Positions 44,869 through 55,921 of a DNA stretch of 64,000 bases are shown piece after piece; position 1 is the stretch's first letter, and the number at the start of each line of letters is the position of its first letter. This DNA is from a virus (lineage: Duplodnaviria; Caudoviricetes). The stretch covers positions 1 through 64,000 of the IMG/VR virus record IMGVR_UViG_3300017700_000537, one strand, 5' to 3'. Under the pieces are notes generated by a model. It saw only the letters and a program-made list of their open reading frames with translations, was not told the DNA's origin and searched no databases. Position numbers and translations under genes: made by a program.

Positions 44869-47800
44869 TGGACGAACAGAAAGTACAGGAACTCTGGGAA
44901 GCCTTCCGTGAAGGGAATGACCTTGGCACACTTGGCGAGTTCAAGTCGTGGATTGGCGACCCCAACAACAGGGCCGAATTCCATAAGGCATTTCGGGATG
45001 GCAATGACCTGGGCACCATCCAGGAGTTTGACGCCTATCTCGGCGTAAAAAAAAAGCCTTCTTCAAAAGGTTCTGCATTCAATTGGTCAACTGGCGAAAT
45101 CGACTCCAAAAAACTTTCTTCTACCCAACCTGCTGCCCCCACTGCGGGGAGAAAATCTGATATAGTAACCAAGGATGGCGTTGAAATGAATTGGGGCACC
45201 GGCGAGGTGACTCCCAAATCTGCATTTGCAAAGAACGCAGATTCCATTTATCAACTTACCGTTACCAATCAAGCCAATCAGCCATTTCAGGAAGAAACAC
45301 AGCCAATAGATTCTGATGTCACTGACGTAACTATGGCGCAGGCCGGGATGCTTGGCGTGGAAGCCATGAACAGGGGTGTAATCGAGCAAGGGATAGCTGG
45401 TGGCCTCAAAGGTGCTGGCGAATTGATGTTGAAGGGCGTCAAGGTGTTTGATGAATCTGCAAAGCCGGAAGACATATACTTGTGGAAGCTCGGCAATGGG
45501 ATAGAGAAAATGTTTGAAAAAGGAGGTATTGCAGAGTACACTTCGTCGCCCGAACTGCTAAATTCTACCGAGGGAGAAATAATCTCCGGCCTTGGGCAAG
45601 CAGTTGCCGGCATCCTCACCGGCGGAACAAGCAAGGCTGCCTCGGCGATGTCAGCCATTCCGAAATCCAAGGCCATGCTTGAGATGATGGGCAGGGGCCT
45701 GTTTTCAAGGGCATCAATGATGGCGACAATGAACATCGTCGGTGAGGGTTCCGAAAGATTACGTGAGGAGAAATCCATGGTTGACCAGCTTCCGAGGGAT
45801 GGCTATGTAAAACTTGGCATAGAGGCTGGGCTGGACGAGAAAGAGGTGGGGGCCAAGTATGACAGGTTGAAATCTTCTAACGTGGATGACCTTATCTCTG
45901 AAATGTTGCCCACTTGGTTTATGGAGGGTAGCACAGAGGGCTTGATGGTCGGCGAATGGTTCAAGCGTTTCAACAAGGCCACTGATGGGTCGTTTGGCAA
46001 AGTGTTCATGGAGAAGGCCAAGGATGTCACCATTGGTACATTCGAGGGGGCTACGCAAGAAGCGTTACAACAATGGATGGAGAACGCCACGGCAAAAGAA
46101 GTCTATGACTACACACTGAAAACTACGGAAGGATTGGAGAAGTCGGCTGAAGTAGGCGGCGCTGTACAATTCATACTGGAAACGATGTCAGCCGCCCTTG
46201 GAGTAAAAAACCGTGGGACTACTGGCGAGGATAGCGATTTTATCAAAAAAGCGCAGGAAGAGATAGAAAGTAAGAAAGAGGTGCTTGCCAAAAACCTCGA
46301 CAACGCCTTGGTTGAAAAAGTGGACATCAAGGATGTAAAGGCTGAACTGGACACTAAGGTGCAAGCTGGCGAAATTACACAAGAGCAGGCCGATGAACAG
46401 CTCAAAGAAATCGAGGTCAAGAAACTGGCCATCGAAAAAATCCCGGAAGACCTCAAGATGAACCCTGACGTGGTGGATGCTACTACCGAAAAGACGAAAG
46501 TTGACAGCGAAACAGATGCGCTAAAGGAGTCCATCAAGGAAAAAGACCCAGCGTTCACAGCAAAAGAACAGGCGCAAATAAAAGAAAACGAACTGAAGTC
46601 TGCGGAGCTTTCCGTAAAGACCAGCGAGGCTGCCAATCTTCCGCCAGACCCGAAGGCCGTTAAGCTGATAGAGGCGAGCAAAGAAGAAACAGGAGAACCC
46701 GCAAAAACTACTGCTAAAGAGGATGTTAGCAGTGCCGAGCCGAAAGTTTCGACCCCTACGGCCACCCCACTAAAGGAGCCGCAGGTTCAAGAGGAAAAAC
46801 CACCTACTCCGGCCCAGGCAAAAAAACTGGCAGAAGAAAAGATTGACGAGTTCGCCGTACAGCCAGAAGCCGACCTGTCCAACATGCCGGACGAGGATGT
46901 GACGAGAAAGATATTGGCAGATGGTAACACTGCACAAGTCGGCCAAGCATGGGCGGCGGAACCAGATGTTGTTCAGGGCGAGATATTCACTAAGGAATCA
47001 GCCATCGAGGATGCAGTGACGAACAGCACTTTTGATGTAATGGCCTTGGAAGGAATCCCTGACTTGTCCAGCAAGTATCTACCGAAAGGCGATGCAGGGC
47101 CAAATGTGTACAACTTACAAGAACTCGCAGAAGAGCTTTCTGACCAGACTGGCATGAACATCACGGAAGCGGACATTGCAGACTACATCAGCTCCAACCC
47201 AGAAAAAAAGAAACCAAAGAAGATTTCGGCCAATCCAAATAAAAGACTACTTGCTCAGAGGTTCAAGGAGCTTGCTGGCATTGCGCCAAACAAAGAGTAT
47301 ATCGACAAGCTATCGGAGCGCAGTTCGTTCCTAAAAGAGAAGCAGGCCGTGGAGCAGGAGTTCCCGGAAGCAGCTGTGGTGAAGCCGGTACAGCCCGCCA
47401 GCGACAGGATGAAGAAATCCTTGATGAACAGGGTGGCGGAAGACCCACTCGTGCCGCTTGAAGTCAGGGAATTGGCCAAGGCTGGGAAATTGGACTATGA
47501 TTCGCTGAAGGATGAGCATGTAAACGCTGTTGCTGATTTTGAGATAGCCGAGAACATGAAATCACTTGATGCCAAGGATGGGCTTGACGCCTCTGTAAAA
47601 ACAGCGAAGGACTTGCTGAAAGAGGCAGTGGACACGGACGATACGAATACTCGTGAAACGAACGGCGCTATCGCTACAACTATCCTGCTAAAAACCGCCT
47701 ACCATTACGCCGAACAGGGCATGATGGCTGAGGCATTGTCCGTTTACGACTTCTTGGATTCATATAGTAGGGGTGCGGGCCGCCAGATAAGCTCGTTGCG

Positions 47801-50800
47801 GGGCAGTGCAAGCCCAGAAGGCATAGCTGGGTCCACAGCGGTGAAAGTATTTGAATCACAGGTTAGGGAGCTTTCCAAGAAAGGGAAGAACGCCACCTTG
47901 GAGCAGATGCTGAGGGGATTGAAGGATGAGATTGAGAAAGCGAGGAGCAAGACCAATCTACAAGAAGCCAAGGTAGCTGTGGCCAAATCCATGAAAGTGA
48001 AGGATGTGGCCAATAAAAAAGTGGAAGCTGCCAAGAAAGGGGTTGACGAAGCAAGGGCGAAGCTCGCCAGGGCTGTACAGGGGCAATTGAGCGCAGGTAT
48101 AAACCCAGAGGTGCTGATAGCCCTCAAGGACTTGTTCGTGGCGTACAAGAACCTGTTTGGTGCCAACATGAGCCTTATCAAGGCTGCGTACATGCAATCG
48201 GCCAGCGACATGGGGTTGGATGCCGACGAGGCGTGGAATGCTGTTTCGGATGAAGCTGCTGCTGTAACGGAAGAGGAGCTACAAATCCCGGCAGACATCC
48301 CGATGGGTACGGCGCAGCCGCTTATTCAAGGCCAATCAGAAATCGACAAGATAGTTGACGAGCATTACAAAAAGAACGATGGCATGTCGCTTTGGGCCAA
48401 GCTGAAAGAAGCTGGAATGAGCGAGAAGGATGCCAGGGCTTACGAGAACAAACTTGCCAGCGAACTTGAGAAGCGTGAAAAAGCGGCAATACTGCGGGCA
48501 ATAAACAACTTCAAGAAGCAGATTCAGGAAGAGGAAATCGAGGGCATCATGGTCCACGAAAAGAAGTGGAACGGGTCGGTGGATAAGCTGGCCAATGCCG
48601 CATACCACGGACTGCTGAATGACCAGAACCTTGCGGCTGCCGTATCCGGCTACTTCGGATACCAGTCATTGTCAGCGCAGGACGTGAAGGACATCAAGGA
48701 TATTTCGTCCAAGATGATAAATGGACTGCAGTCGAATGCCGTGGTGAATACTGCAGGTCAAACGATAGGATACCAACCAATTGGCCAGCCAGCTCCTGCA
48801 GGAACAACGCTGCAGTTAGTGGACCAGAAAAGCCCAGAGCTGATGGCCCGTGCGCAGAAAGAAATGAAGAACAAGCTGCTGGAACTTGAAAAGCGTAATG
48901 TGGGCATCATGCCGATACTTGCCGACGAGCTGAATACGGCGATGCACATGGGAGCGCTTGCCAATACTGGTACTTGGCTCAATATCATCGTTGGAACAAT
49001 CTCAAAATTAGCACCCGACCTAATCTCGATAGCTGCATCCAACCCTGTGGCAGCCGTCAGGGCCATGCAGAAGATAAGCGAATCCAAGGCCAACAACTGG
49101 AAGATGGGGTTCGGCGTGTTCAGGTCGGCGTTCAAGGACAACTTCAGCCATTTAGACAACCCGAAGATACAATTGGATGGCCAGTACGTCACTGCCGCTT
49201 CATTGGTGGAAGTGGCTATGGTTCGTGGCATAGCCAAGTATTCCAAGATGTACGCCGACGCCACGGGCATTGACAAGGCAAAATCATTCGGTAAACTGGT
49301 TGGCGCCATACTCTCGCAGGCATACAGGATAGCGATAGCACCAAAGGCCATCGACGCCCAGTTCACGCACCCGGTCACAGAGTTTGTACGGTTCATCGAG
49401 GCTTGGAACAAACTTGAGCAAGGCGTAAAGTTCAGTGAGCTTGTCACACCAGACTTTGCAAACAGGGTGGCAGAATACGGGATGTTCACCAAGAACGCAT
49501 GGGACACCGCCAAGTCGCAGGCAAGCGCTGAGGTGGCTGGGATGAAGATGAATGGACAGGAAGTTCCGCTTGGCTTTGAGGACAGGCGGGCGAAGGAAAT
49601 CATACAACAGCAGGTGCGTCGGAGTGAGATAGAGTCAGCGCAACTGTTTATGGACCAAGCATCGCTCAGGGGTGAGATGTCTGGCTTCCTTGGCGTGGCG
49701 TTCGATAAGTGGCAGAACAGTGGGCAAAAAGAAACCAAGGCAGCGCCTATCCTCCAATTGAGCAGAACTATTCTACGTGCAGCTCTTACGATGTTCATGC
49801 GGGTGGCGATACACGGTACGAACGTGGTGCAAAAAACAGTTCCACTGCTTGGGCCAACCATGAACGCAGCGGCTCACATCGCAGTAAACAGGTCATTGGC
49901 CGGTGCGATGTCCAGCAAGTATGTTGGCGAGAAGGTGATGGAACAATATCCCGCCGATAGGCAGATTGGCAATGGCTACGTGAAGAAGTCAAAAACAGAG
50001 ATGGCCAAGGACATGGGCGCTCAAGTAATGGCCACAACACTGTTCGCGGGGCTTTTCATGGCCATGTTCGATAGGGACGATGAAGACAATCTCGTTCTTG
50101 ACCCTGATCGCTGGATAGATATTTCTGCATCATTGGATAACGACCCGTTCACCAGCGAAGTGGGTGGAATGACAAGATATTCTGTCAGGTTCAAGCAGTC
50201 GGATGGTACTTGGGGCAAGCCCAAGAAGTTCTCGCTGTGGTTGCCGTTTTTAGCACCGCTGTCTATACTTGGGGGAGTGAGGGACGACATCATCTTCCGG
50301 GAGCAGGATTTTAGGAACAAGTCTATTTGGGCAAGGGGCGGGGCTGGCATTCAGGACATCATAGGTGTGTTCAGCGAGGTCTCATTCAACAGCCTTGCGC
50401 AGACATGGGATAGATACCAGAAGGCCGGTGCAGCCGCTGCAAAGAGCGATACGCCTATGCCTTGGGTGGATGTCACCTTTCAGACAGCCCTGCGGCCCGC
50501 AAAAGCGGTCATGCCGGGGGTTTACCGGGATTTGTTGGTGAACGAGCTGGGTGTGATGCTGGACAAGCCTGCCACCAAGCCCGACAAATGGTACGAAAGG
50601 ATAGCCAAGGACATCCCCTGGATAGACTACTATGTCAAGGGCGACAGGTATGATGAATATGGGAACATCATTTATAGGGATTCAAGGACCGGAAAAATAG
50701 TTGAGCGTATCTCTATGGGATACCTTGATTTCGTGATGAAAAACGAGGAAACGAGAGAGAGGCCGGAGTGGATATTGTCATCTAAATTTGACGGGTTACT

Positions 50801-51062
50801 AACCCCTGGGCAGTTTTTCTCGGCAAAATCGTTGATTTCCAAGAAGGATTCCGACTGGGCGAAGAAGGGCGAAACAATCTCGGACGACGTTCGGGAAGAG
50901 ATGTCAAAGCGTGTCGCTGAACGCAAGGGCTTGATAGTCAATAAGTATTACGAGCAGCTTGACAAGCTCAATAAGCAGGAACTTGAGCAAATGTTGTTAA
51001 AAGTACATAACTTTGCTTCGGATATAATAAAATACGAGATGGGATTCTCCTCGGACAAGTAA
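44868..51062 (+). CDS. Large putative ejection/cargo protein 3 (2064 aa)
   Basis: Helical, with hydrophobic segments near the N- and C-regions; no catalytic motif recognised. Confidence 0.6.
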   Translation: MDEQKVQELWEAFREGNDLGTLGEFKSWIGDPNNRAEFHKAFRDGNDLGTIQEFDAYLGVKKKPSSKGSAFNWSTGEIDSKKLSSTQPAAPTAGRKSDIVTKDGVEMNWGTGEVTPKSAFAKNADSIYQLTVTNQANQPFQEETQPIDSDVTDVTMAQAGMLGVEAMNRGVIEQGIAGGLKGAGELMLKGVKVFDESAKPEDIYLWKLGNGIEKMFEKGGIAEYTSSPELLNSTEGEIISGLGQAVAGILTGGTSKAASAMSAIPKSKAMLEMMGRGLFSRASMMATMNIVGEGSERLREEKSMVDQLPRDGYVKLGIEAGLDEKEVGAKYDRLKSSNVDDLISEMLPTWFMEGSTEGLMVGEWFKRFNKATDGSFGKVFMEKAKDVTIGTFEGATQEALQQWMENATAKEVYDYTLKTTEGLEKSAEVGGAVQFILETMSAALGVKNRGTTGEDSDFIKKAQEEIESKKEVLAKNLDNALVEKVDIKDVKAELDTKVQAGEITQEQADEQLKEIEVKKLAIEKIPEDLKMNPDVVDATTEKTKVDSETDALKESIKEKDPAFTAKEQAQIKENELKSAELSVKTSEAANLPPDPKAVKLIEASKEETGEPAKTTAKEDVSSAEPKVSTPTATPLKEPQVQEEKPPTPAQAKKLAEEKIDEFAVQPEADLSNMPDEDVTRKILADGNTAQVGQAWAAEPDVVQGEIFTKESAIEDAVTNSTFDVMALEGIPDLSSKYLPKGDAGPNVYNLQELAEELSDQTGMNITEADIADYISSNPEKKKPKKISANPNKRLLAQRFKELAGIAPNKEYIDKLSERSSFLKEKQAVEQEFPEAAVVKPVQPASDRMKKSLMNRVAEDPLVPLEVRELAKAGKLDYDSLKDEHVNAVADFEIAENMKSLDAKDGLDASVKTAKDLLKEAVDTDDTNTRETNGAIATTILLKTAYHYAEQGMMAEALSVYDFLDSYSRGAGRQISSLRGSASPEGIAGSTAVKVFESQVRELSKKGKNATLEQMLRGLKDEIEKARSKTNLQEAKVAVAKSMKVKDVANKKVEAAKKGVDEARAKLARAVQGQLSAGINPEVLIALKDLFVAYKNLFGANMSLIKAAYMQSASDMGLDADEAWNAVSDEAAAVTEEELQIPADIPMGTAQPLIQGQSEIDKIVDEHYKKNDGMSLWAKLKEAGMSEKDARAYENKLASELEKREKAAILRAINNFKKQIQEEEIEGIMVHEKKWNGSVDKLANAAYHGLLNDQNLAAAVSGYFGYQSLSAQDVKDIKDISSKMINGLQSNAVVNTAGQTIGYQPIGQPAPAGTTLQLVDQKSPELMARAQKEMKNKLLELEKRNVGIMPILADELNTAMHMGALANTGTWLNIIVGTISKLAPDLISIAASNPVAAVRAMQKISESKANNWKMGFGVFRSAFKDNFSHLDNPKIQLDGQYVTAASLVEVAMVRGIAKYSKMYADATGIDKAKSFGKLVGAILSQAYRIAIAPKAIDAQFTHPVTEFVRFIEAWNKLEQGVKFSELVTPDFANRVAEYGMFTKNAWDTAKSQASAEVAGMKMNGQEVPLGFEDRRAKEIIQQQVRRSEIESAQLFMDQASLRGEMSGFLGVAFDKWQNSGQKETKAAPILQLSRTILRAALTMFMRVAIHGTNVVQKTVPLLGPTMNAAAHIAVNRSLAGAMSSKYVGEKVMEQYPADRQIGNGYVKKSKTEMAKDMGAQVMATTLFAGLFMAMFDRDDEDNLVLDPDRWIDISASLDNDPFTSEVGGMTRYSVRFKQSDGTWGKPKKFSLWLPFLAPLSILGGVRDDIIFREQDFRNKSIWARGGAGIQDIIGVFSEVSFNSLAQTWDRYQKAGAAAAKSDTPMPWVDVTFQTALRPAKAVMPGVYRDLLVNELGVMLDKPATKPDKWYERIAKDIPWIDYYVKGDRYDEYGNIIYRDSRTGKIVERISMGYLDFVMKNEETRERPEWILSSKFDGLLTPGQFFSAKSLISKKDSDWAKKGETISDDVREEMSKRVAERKGLIVNKYYEQLDKLNKQELEQMLLKVHNFASDIIKYEMGFSSDK

Positions 51063-51124
51063 AAACCGGAATTTGATTTTGGTGACACGAAGAAATCCAT
51101 CAAGGAAAAAATCAAAAAAGAAGA

Positions 51125-51790
51125 ATGAAAAAACTTCCAGCACTAATAACGATCGCAGCCTTGGCACTTATTGCAATACTGGCCATCCAGCGTTGTTCCT
51201 TTCACAAGCAGAAGGATAAGGATTCAACCGCCCTTCTCGACCTGAACGAGAAGAAATTCACGCAGTTCAAAACTGAATCCGGCAAGAACGCAGGTATGGC
51301 CGATGCCCGCATCATGGACTTGCAGACGCTGCTTGCGCTAGAGAAGACAAAGGTCGCCAGGCTGGCCAAAGAACTGAACCTAACCGTGAAGGATATTAAA
51401 CGGATAGTTGACGTACAGCTAGAGGGAAAGGACACCATCAAGTTGACGCAGGTGGATACGATATATTACCCGGAAACAAAAGAGCCTGACGAACCACGGC
51501 CTTATTTTGCAGTAAGGCCGTATGTGTTTGAGGATCGCTGGAACTATTTCGAGGCATACCTTAATGATGGTGAAATTGACATAAATTACTCCATCACTGA
51601 TAGTATCCAAATAGTAGAGACAAAATCCGGCAATACAAGGACTTTCACGGCCTTCAACAGCAATCCTGCCATACGAATTAAAGGTATGCAGGCAATAGTA
51701 ATTGAGGAGCCAAAGGCACGTAAAAAGAGATTATGGTGGACAATACCAGTGGCCGTTGCTGCTGGCGTAGTATTAGGTAGTAGATTATAG
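51125..51790 (+). CDS. Putative spanin-like lysis protein
   Basis: N-terminal TM/signal, coiled coil, hydrophobic C-terminus. Confidence 0.5.
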   Translation: MKKLPALITIAALALIAILAIQRCSFHKQKDKDSTALLDLNEKKFTQFKTESGKNAGMADARIMDLQTLLALEKTKVARLAKELNLTVKDIKRIVDVQLEGKDTIKLTQVDTIYYPETKEPDEPRPYFAVRPYVFEDRWNYFEAYLNDGEIDINYSITDSIQIVETKSGNTRTFTAFNSNPAIRIKGMQAIVIEEPKARKKRLWWTIPVAVAAGVVLGSRL

Positions 51791-51809
51791 GCAAGGTTTT
51801 TGGTATGAT

Positions 51810-53018
51810 GTGGCCATTATGGCCGACCCACACACGAACGCAAATTATAATCCAATGACAATACATCCTCTGATTAGCTACTTGGTGGCTTCTGGAGGCT
51901 TTGATGGCACGGACGAGTCCTGGCCTGAGCTTGCAGCGAAATTTGATTTGGTGAGTGGGGAGGCCGCTTTTGGCAGATGGAAAAGATTTTTGGGCAGCGA
52001 CCGCTCACTAGAGTTCAAGAAGGCGAACGTCAACCCCAAAACAGGAGAGCTTCTATCCGTCACTATGGGGCGGGCGATGGAGCCCAAAGAAATCCCGGAT
52101 TTTGAAGGCAGCACCGTAAAGTTCATCACCACCACCCCAAACGGAGGGGCCTTTGTGAGGCGAGAGTTCAAGGATTCAGGTCCACCGCCTATCACCGACC
52201 AGCAACGTGCCGACATCGAGCGGAAGGTCTCGGAGAAACCAATTCAGAGACCTTCCGCATCCTTCCACCAGAACATCCTCATCATCGGCTGTGTACACCG
52301 GCCATTCCACGACAAGAAAATCTGGGCCGCACTCCTTTCTTTCATCTACGACAACAGGGATGGAATCCACGGCATTGTCATCAATGGGGACTACCTTGAC
52401 ATGAAATCCCTTTCAAGCCATGACGAGAAGAAGTTGTTGCCGTTCGGCATTGACCTCGGCGTGGAGTATCAGGATGGCTATGAAGGCATACAAGAGCTGA
52501 AGCAAGCGTTTGGTGTCAGGTGGAACATCATAAGCAAGGATTACACCTATGGGAACCACGAGGCAAGGTATTTTAAGCACATCGGGCAGTTTGACCACTC
52601 GAAGTACGGAACAGCGCTAATGTCCCCGCACGAGGCCATGAAGCTGGAGGAGGAGGGGTTCAACCTGCAACTTGACTGGGAGAATGGCAGGGTGTTTATC
52701 GGGGATGACCTAGAAGCGTTCCACGGGTTCTATCTAGGGCCGAACGCTGTAAAAAAGCACTTGGAGAAAAGCGACAGGAACATCTTGATGAACCACACCC
52801 ACGCTGTTGCTGAATTTAAGCTGAACGGTCGTCGTGGCTACAACATAGGCTGGATGGGCGACGAGAACTCGCCTGGATTTACCTACGCCAACAGGTTCAT
52901 GGTATCTGGCTGGGAGAAATGCTTTGCTATTGCCACCGTTCTGGAGACTGGGAAGACGATAGTGAACAGGACAATCTGTGAAAACGGAGGGTTTATTTTT
53001 GGAAACAAGCGGTATTGA
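51810..53018 (+). CDS. Calcineurin-like metallophosphoesterase
   Basis: GCVHRP, INGDYLD, YGNHE, LEAFHG, MNHTH. Confidence 0.85.
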   Translation: MAIMADPHTNANYNPMTIHPLISYLVASGGFDGTDESWPELAAKFDLVSGEAAFGRWKRFLGSDRSLEFKKANVNPKTGELLSVTMGRAMEPKEIPDFEGSTVKFITTTPNGGAFVRREFKDSGPPPITDQQRADIERKVSEKPIQRPSASFHQNILIIGCVHRPFHDKKIWAALLSFIYDNRDGIHGIVINGDYLDMKSLSSHDEKKLLPFGIDLGVEYQDGYEGIQELKQAFGVRWNIISKDYTYGNHEARYFKHIGQFDHSKYGTALMSPHEAMKLEEEGFNLQLDWENGRVFIGDDLEAFHGFYLGPNAVKKHLEKSDRNILMNHTHAVAEFKLNGRRGYNIGWMGDENSPGFTYANRFMVSGWEKCFAIATVLETGKTIVNRTICENGGFIFGNKRY

Positions 53019-53075
53019 CCAGTTAAACAATAATGCGTAACTTTGCTATCCAACACACAAGTAAAACTTAGTGAG

Positions 53076-53378
53076 ATGGATGCAATAATAAGAGATGACA
53101 AGATGAGCCACTTCATATACCAGTTCTTAAATCAGTACGCTGGGCCAGGAATATTCGGGACCATCATACTGACAATCACACTCCAGGACATTACACTGGC
53201 GGTGCCGATAATTTCGGCATTCTGCGTTCTTGCTGGCCAAGGGGTTGTATGGATACGCACAGACAGGCGGAAACAGGCCCGTCACGAGCTGTTTATGAAG
53301 ATTGGCCAGCAGATGGTTGACGGCAAGCGGGATTTCGACAAGGAGTTCATGGAAAAGTTGGACGAGACGGCTGACTAG
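53076..53378 (+). CDS. Putative holin
   Basis: Small protein with TM segments and a charged C-terminus; -7 element TAACTTTG at 53038-53045. Confidence 0.45.
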   Translation: MDAIIRDDKMSHFIYQFLNQYAGPGIFGTIILTITLQDITLAVPIISAFCVLAGQGVVWIRTDRRKQARHELFMKIGQQMVDGKRDFDKEFMEKLDETAD

Positions 53379-53611
53379 CCTTTGAACTTCCCGAAAAACA
53401 TCTCAAAGATAGACGCCCCATCCATCTGCTTAATGTTCGACTGCCTCGCATCCGGCCTGACAACAGGGCTTGGAGTCACCGACACAACCTTCAAACTGCG
53501 TTCCGCCCTTGTCTTGGCTTTTGTGCAGGCATCTTCCATTGTTTCGGCAGGGATGTCCTTGTAGAAAAACGTTTTGCCGTGGAGTTCTATTTTTACGTCA
53601 AATTTTGGCAT
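53375..53611 (-). CDS. Small hypothetical protein
   Basis: 78-aa ORF. Confidence 0.5.
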   Translation of the reverse strand: MPKFDVKIELHGKTFFYKDIPAETMEDACTKAKTRAERSLKVVSVTPSPVVRPDARQSNIKQMDGASIFEMFFGKFKG

Positions 53612-53816
53612 TTTCGGGATTTTTTGCTTGCTGAATCTTAACGATAGACCGCTTCAAATAATTTGCTTGATCAAGGCACTCCTCGTAGGCGTGTTGTAGC
53701 CAATCTTCAAGACTCAAGTCATTCCTATCCAGCGTAACACCGTATTTTATCGTGCCAATCCTTGAACGCTCAAGAATGTCGTTTGCCACGGATTCTGCTA
53801 TTGAACACTTTTCCAT
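53598..53816 (-). CDS. All-alpha NTP-pyrophosphohydrolase-like small phage protein
   Basis: KYGVTLDRNDLSLEDWLQHAYEECLDQANY. Confidence 0.5.
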   Translation of the reverse strand: MEKCSIAESVANDILERSRIGTIKYGVTLDRNDLSLEDWLQHAYEECLDQANYLKRSIVKIQQAKNPENAKI

Positions 53817-53827
53817 TTTTGTTGATT

Positions 53828-54541
53828 TTATATCGAAATTCTCTTTTGCCTCATAGGTGTTGTAATTGCTCTTTCGATTGACCACCCTATCTTGAGCCTA
53901 GAACGAAGCGTTACTGGATTCATTCCAAGTTCTCGCTCCCACTGTGAAATTGTTTGCGTTTTCCCACCGTATGTCAAGTAAATATTATTTCGGCGGTTAT
54001 TTGCTTGCTCAACGTCCGTCGCCCAGCGGCAGTTATCCTTGTAGTAGCCTAAGTTGTTTTCTATCCGGTCAATAGTATTCCCCTCTGGCCGCTCTCCCAT
54101 ATCTTCTAAAAAGTTTGAAAACTTTTTCCATCTTTCGCAGACGGTTATCCCTCTGCCGCCATAATTTTCAAAATTACTATCATTAGGGTTCTGACATCGA
54201 GATGACATGGACTGCCAAGTCTTGTAAGTTTTGGATGACTTCCCATCACTTTTGTGCCCATGTGTGACATTGCATTTTTTCGCCTTGTCTATTTTGAAGC
54301 ATCCACAAGAAGTAGTTTTACCACTTTTTAGGCCAGAAGAAGAAAAAATTGAAACATTCCCGCAATCACACTTGCAATACCAAAGCGACTTTTTGTTATG
54401 CGTTTGGCCCGCAAATCTGATTACCGCCAACCTGCTAAATTTTTGGCCAGTCAAATCCTTGAAATTTTTACATTTTGGATGCCCTAAAAAGATTATTTCA
54501 CTTTCGTTGATAAATTTTTTCACGTCAAATAAAAAAGCCAT
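53828..54541 (-). CDS. HNH-family homing endonuclease
   Basis: DLTGQKFSRL, CKCDCG, SCGC, YGGRGITVCERW, TIDRIENNLGYYKDNCRWAT..EQANN. Confidence 0.85.
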   Translation of the reverse strand: MAFLFDVKKFINESEIIFLGHPKCKNFKDLTGQKFSRLAVIRFAGQTHNKKSLWYCKCDCGNVSIFSSSGLKSGKTTSCGCFKIDKAKKCNVTHGHKSDGKSSKTYKTWQSMSSRCQNPNDSNFENYGGRGITVCERWKKFSNFLEDMGERPEGNTIDRIENNLGYYKDNCRWATDVEQANNRRNNIYLTYGGKTQTISQWERELGMNPVTLRSRLKIGWSIERAITTPMRQKRISI

Positions 54542-54666
54542 TGCTGGATGCCACCTTGGAACGTGCGAACGATTACTATCAAAAGTTATCCAAGAAGAAC
54601 ACCCAGCAATGGCCGATAGTAATTAAAAGTTCGCAATGCAAATATACGACCATTTAATTAAAGTTT

Positions 54667-55038
54667 TCAGATTTTTGAAAAACACTCCAGCGGATTTGTA
54701 AAAAAGCCACAGTACGTCTTCATCGATGTCTGTGACCTCTTCACCCCATCCCTCCACCAGAATACCGTGCAGGCGATGTAATTGGTGCCGCCCATCTTGT
54801 ACTCCACAGACCCGTTCAGCGGCAGGAAGTTGGACTCAAAAGCGCCCGTCTTGGGGCAGATGACCGAAATCCTGATGGATACGCTGTCCGGCTTCGGATA
54901 GCTGTAATTGAACGGCTGCTGGTCAACGGAGAGCCGGTATCGGTCGCCGAGGTTCTGGATTTTCAGCGTTCCTGCCGAGATTTGGGCCTCCATCGTTATA
55001 GTGGCCAGTAAAAGTGTGAAAAGGATTACAATTTTCAT
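54667..55038 (-). CDS. Exported protein (signal peptide followed by Gln)
   Basis: MKIVILFTLLLATITMEA-Q. Confidence 0.7.
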   Translation of the reverse strand: MKIVILFTLLLATITMEAQISAGTLKIQNLGDRYRLSVDQQPFNYSYPKPDSVSIRISVICPKTGAFESNFLPLNGSVEYKMGGTNYIACTVFWWRDGVKRSQTSMKTYCGFFTNPLECFSKI

Positions 55039-55100
55039 AAGTATGCTAGTTTAAAATGTGACTAGCGCTGTTCAGTGTTGTTTTTTGCTTCGTCCCGCAA

Positions 55101-55598
55101 TTAAAATGCCATAAAATACTTCCCATCCCTAGTTCTGAAAAGCATTGCCATGACGCCAATGGTTCTTACCCCAATTTTAGAATATGCCGTGATAGTTCCG
55201 TCGTCAGATATAAAGCGATGCCCGCCGAACTCGCCGTACACATAGCCTGTGAGATTCCCAATTATTGAATCCATCTCATAAACAATCAACCCGTTATCGT
55301 ATTCAATATCCGTGACAGTTCCTGTTTTTACCCCACTAACGGGGCCTACGTATTCAAGGGTTGTTTCTTTCCGCATCAATAGCTCATAGTCATCAATGAT
55401 GGATTGAAGCGAATCAATCACATGGATGTAACCAGAACAGGCATCAGCAAGTGTTGTTTTTTTAATGCTTGATTGGCTATCCATCCATACAACAGGAGTT
55501 GTATCTACAACGCCTCCTATTGATTGAACCCCAATTTCTATTTGCCCGAAGGCGTTCGTCAGCGCAAACAGCGCCAGAATCGTCATTAATTTTTTCAT
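55101..55598 (-). CDS. Exported protein (signal peptide followed by Gln)
   Basis: MKKLMTILALFALTNAFG-Q. Confidence 0.7.
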   Translation of the reverse strand: MKKLMTILALFALTNAFGQIEIGVQSIGGVVDTTPVVWMDSQSSIKKTTLADACSGYIHVIDSLQSIIDDYELLMRKETTLEYVGPVSGVKTGTVTDIEYDNGLIVYEMDSIIGNLTGYVYGEFGGHRFISDDGTITAYSKIGVRTIGVMAMLFRTRDGKYFMAF

Positions 55599-55619
55599 GT
55601 TGAATTTATTGATTGAAAA

Positions 55620-55817
55620 TTATTGCTTCAGCGCCTCTGCCTCGATAGCAGCTTGTATCGCCTGCCATTTCTGCGCCTTGATGTACCACCTTTCAAAAAG
55701 ATGTGCTTTCTTCGGGATTGCCTGGTACAGTGCGGCAGTGGCAAAACATGCTTCCGCTTTCTTGGATACCTCTGCAAGAAGCATTCCCATTTGTTCGTCC
55801 GTGAATGTAGGGTTCAT
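55620..55817 (-). CDS. Small hypothetical protein
   Basis: Likely start MNPTFTDEQ, ATGA-coupled to the 35-aa peptide. Confidence 0.5.
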   Translation of the reverse strand: MNPTFTDEQMGMLLAEVSKKAEACFATAALYQAIPKKAHLFERWYIKAQKWQAIQAAIEAEALKQ

Positions 55818-55921
55818 TGTTTCTTTTTTAGATTTCTGTTCGCCTTCCAAATCAACAACTCTAGCCTTATTTTACCGGCAATTGAGTCGAATATTTTGAA
55901 AAGAATTGAGAAGAATTTCAT
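55814..55921 (-). CDS. 35-aa amphipathic cationic peptide, copy A
   Basis: MKFFSILFKIFDSIAGKIRLELLIWKANRNLKKKQ; near-identical to copy B. Confidence 0.7.
   Translation of the reverse strand: MKFFSILFKIFDSIAGKIRLELLIWKANRNLKKKQ

Noticed and set aside
44868-51062. Virion RNA polymerase or lytic transglycosylase in the largest cargo protein
   Set aside because: No DxDxD/DFDID or other catalytic signature recognised by eye
17383-51062. Stop-codon reassignment as seen in some crAss-like phages
   Set aside because: All large structural ORFs are intact under the standard code
51125-53378. Complete lysis cassette
   Set aside because: Only spanin-like and holin-like candidates; no endolysin recognised in the window
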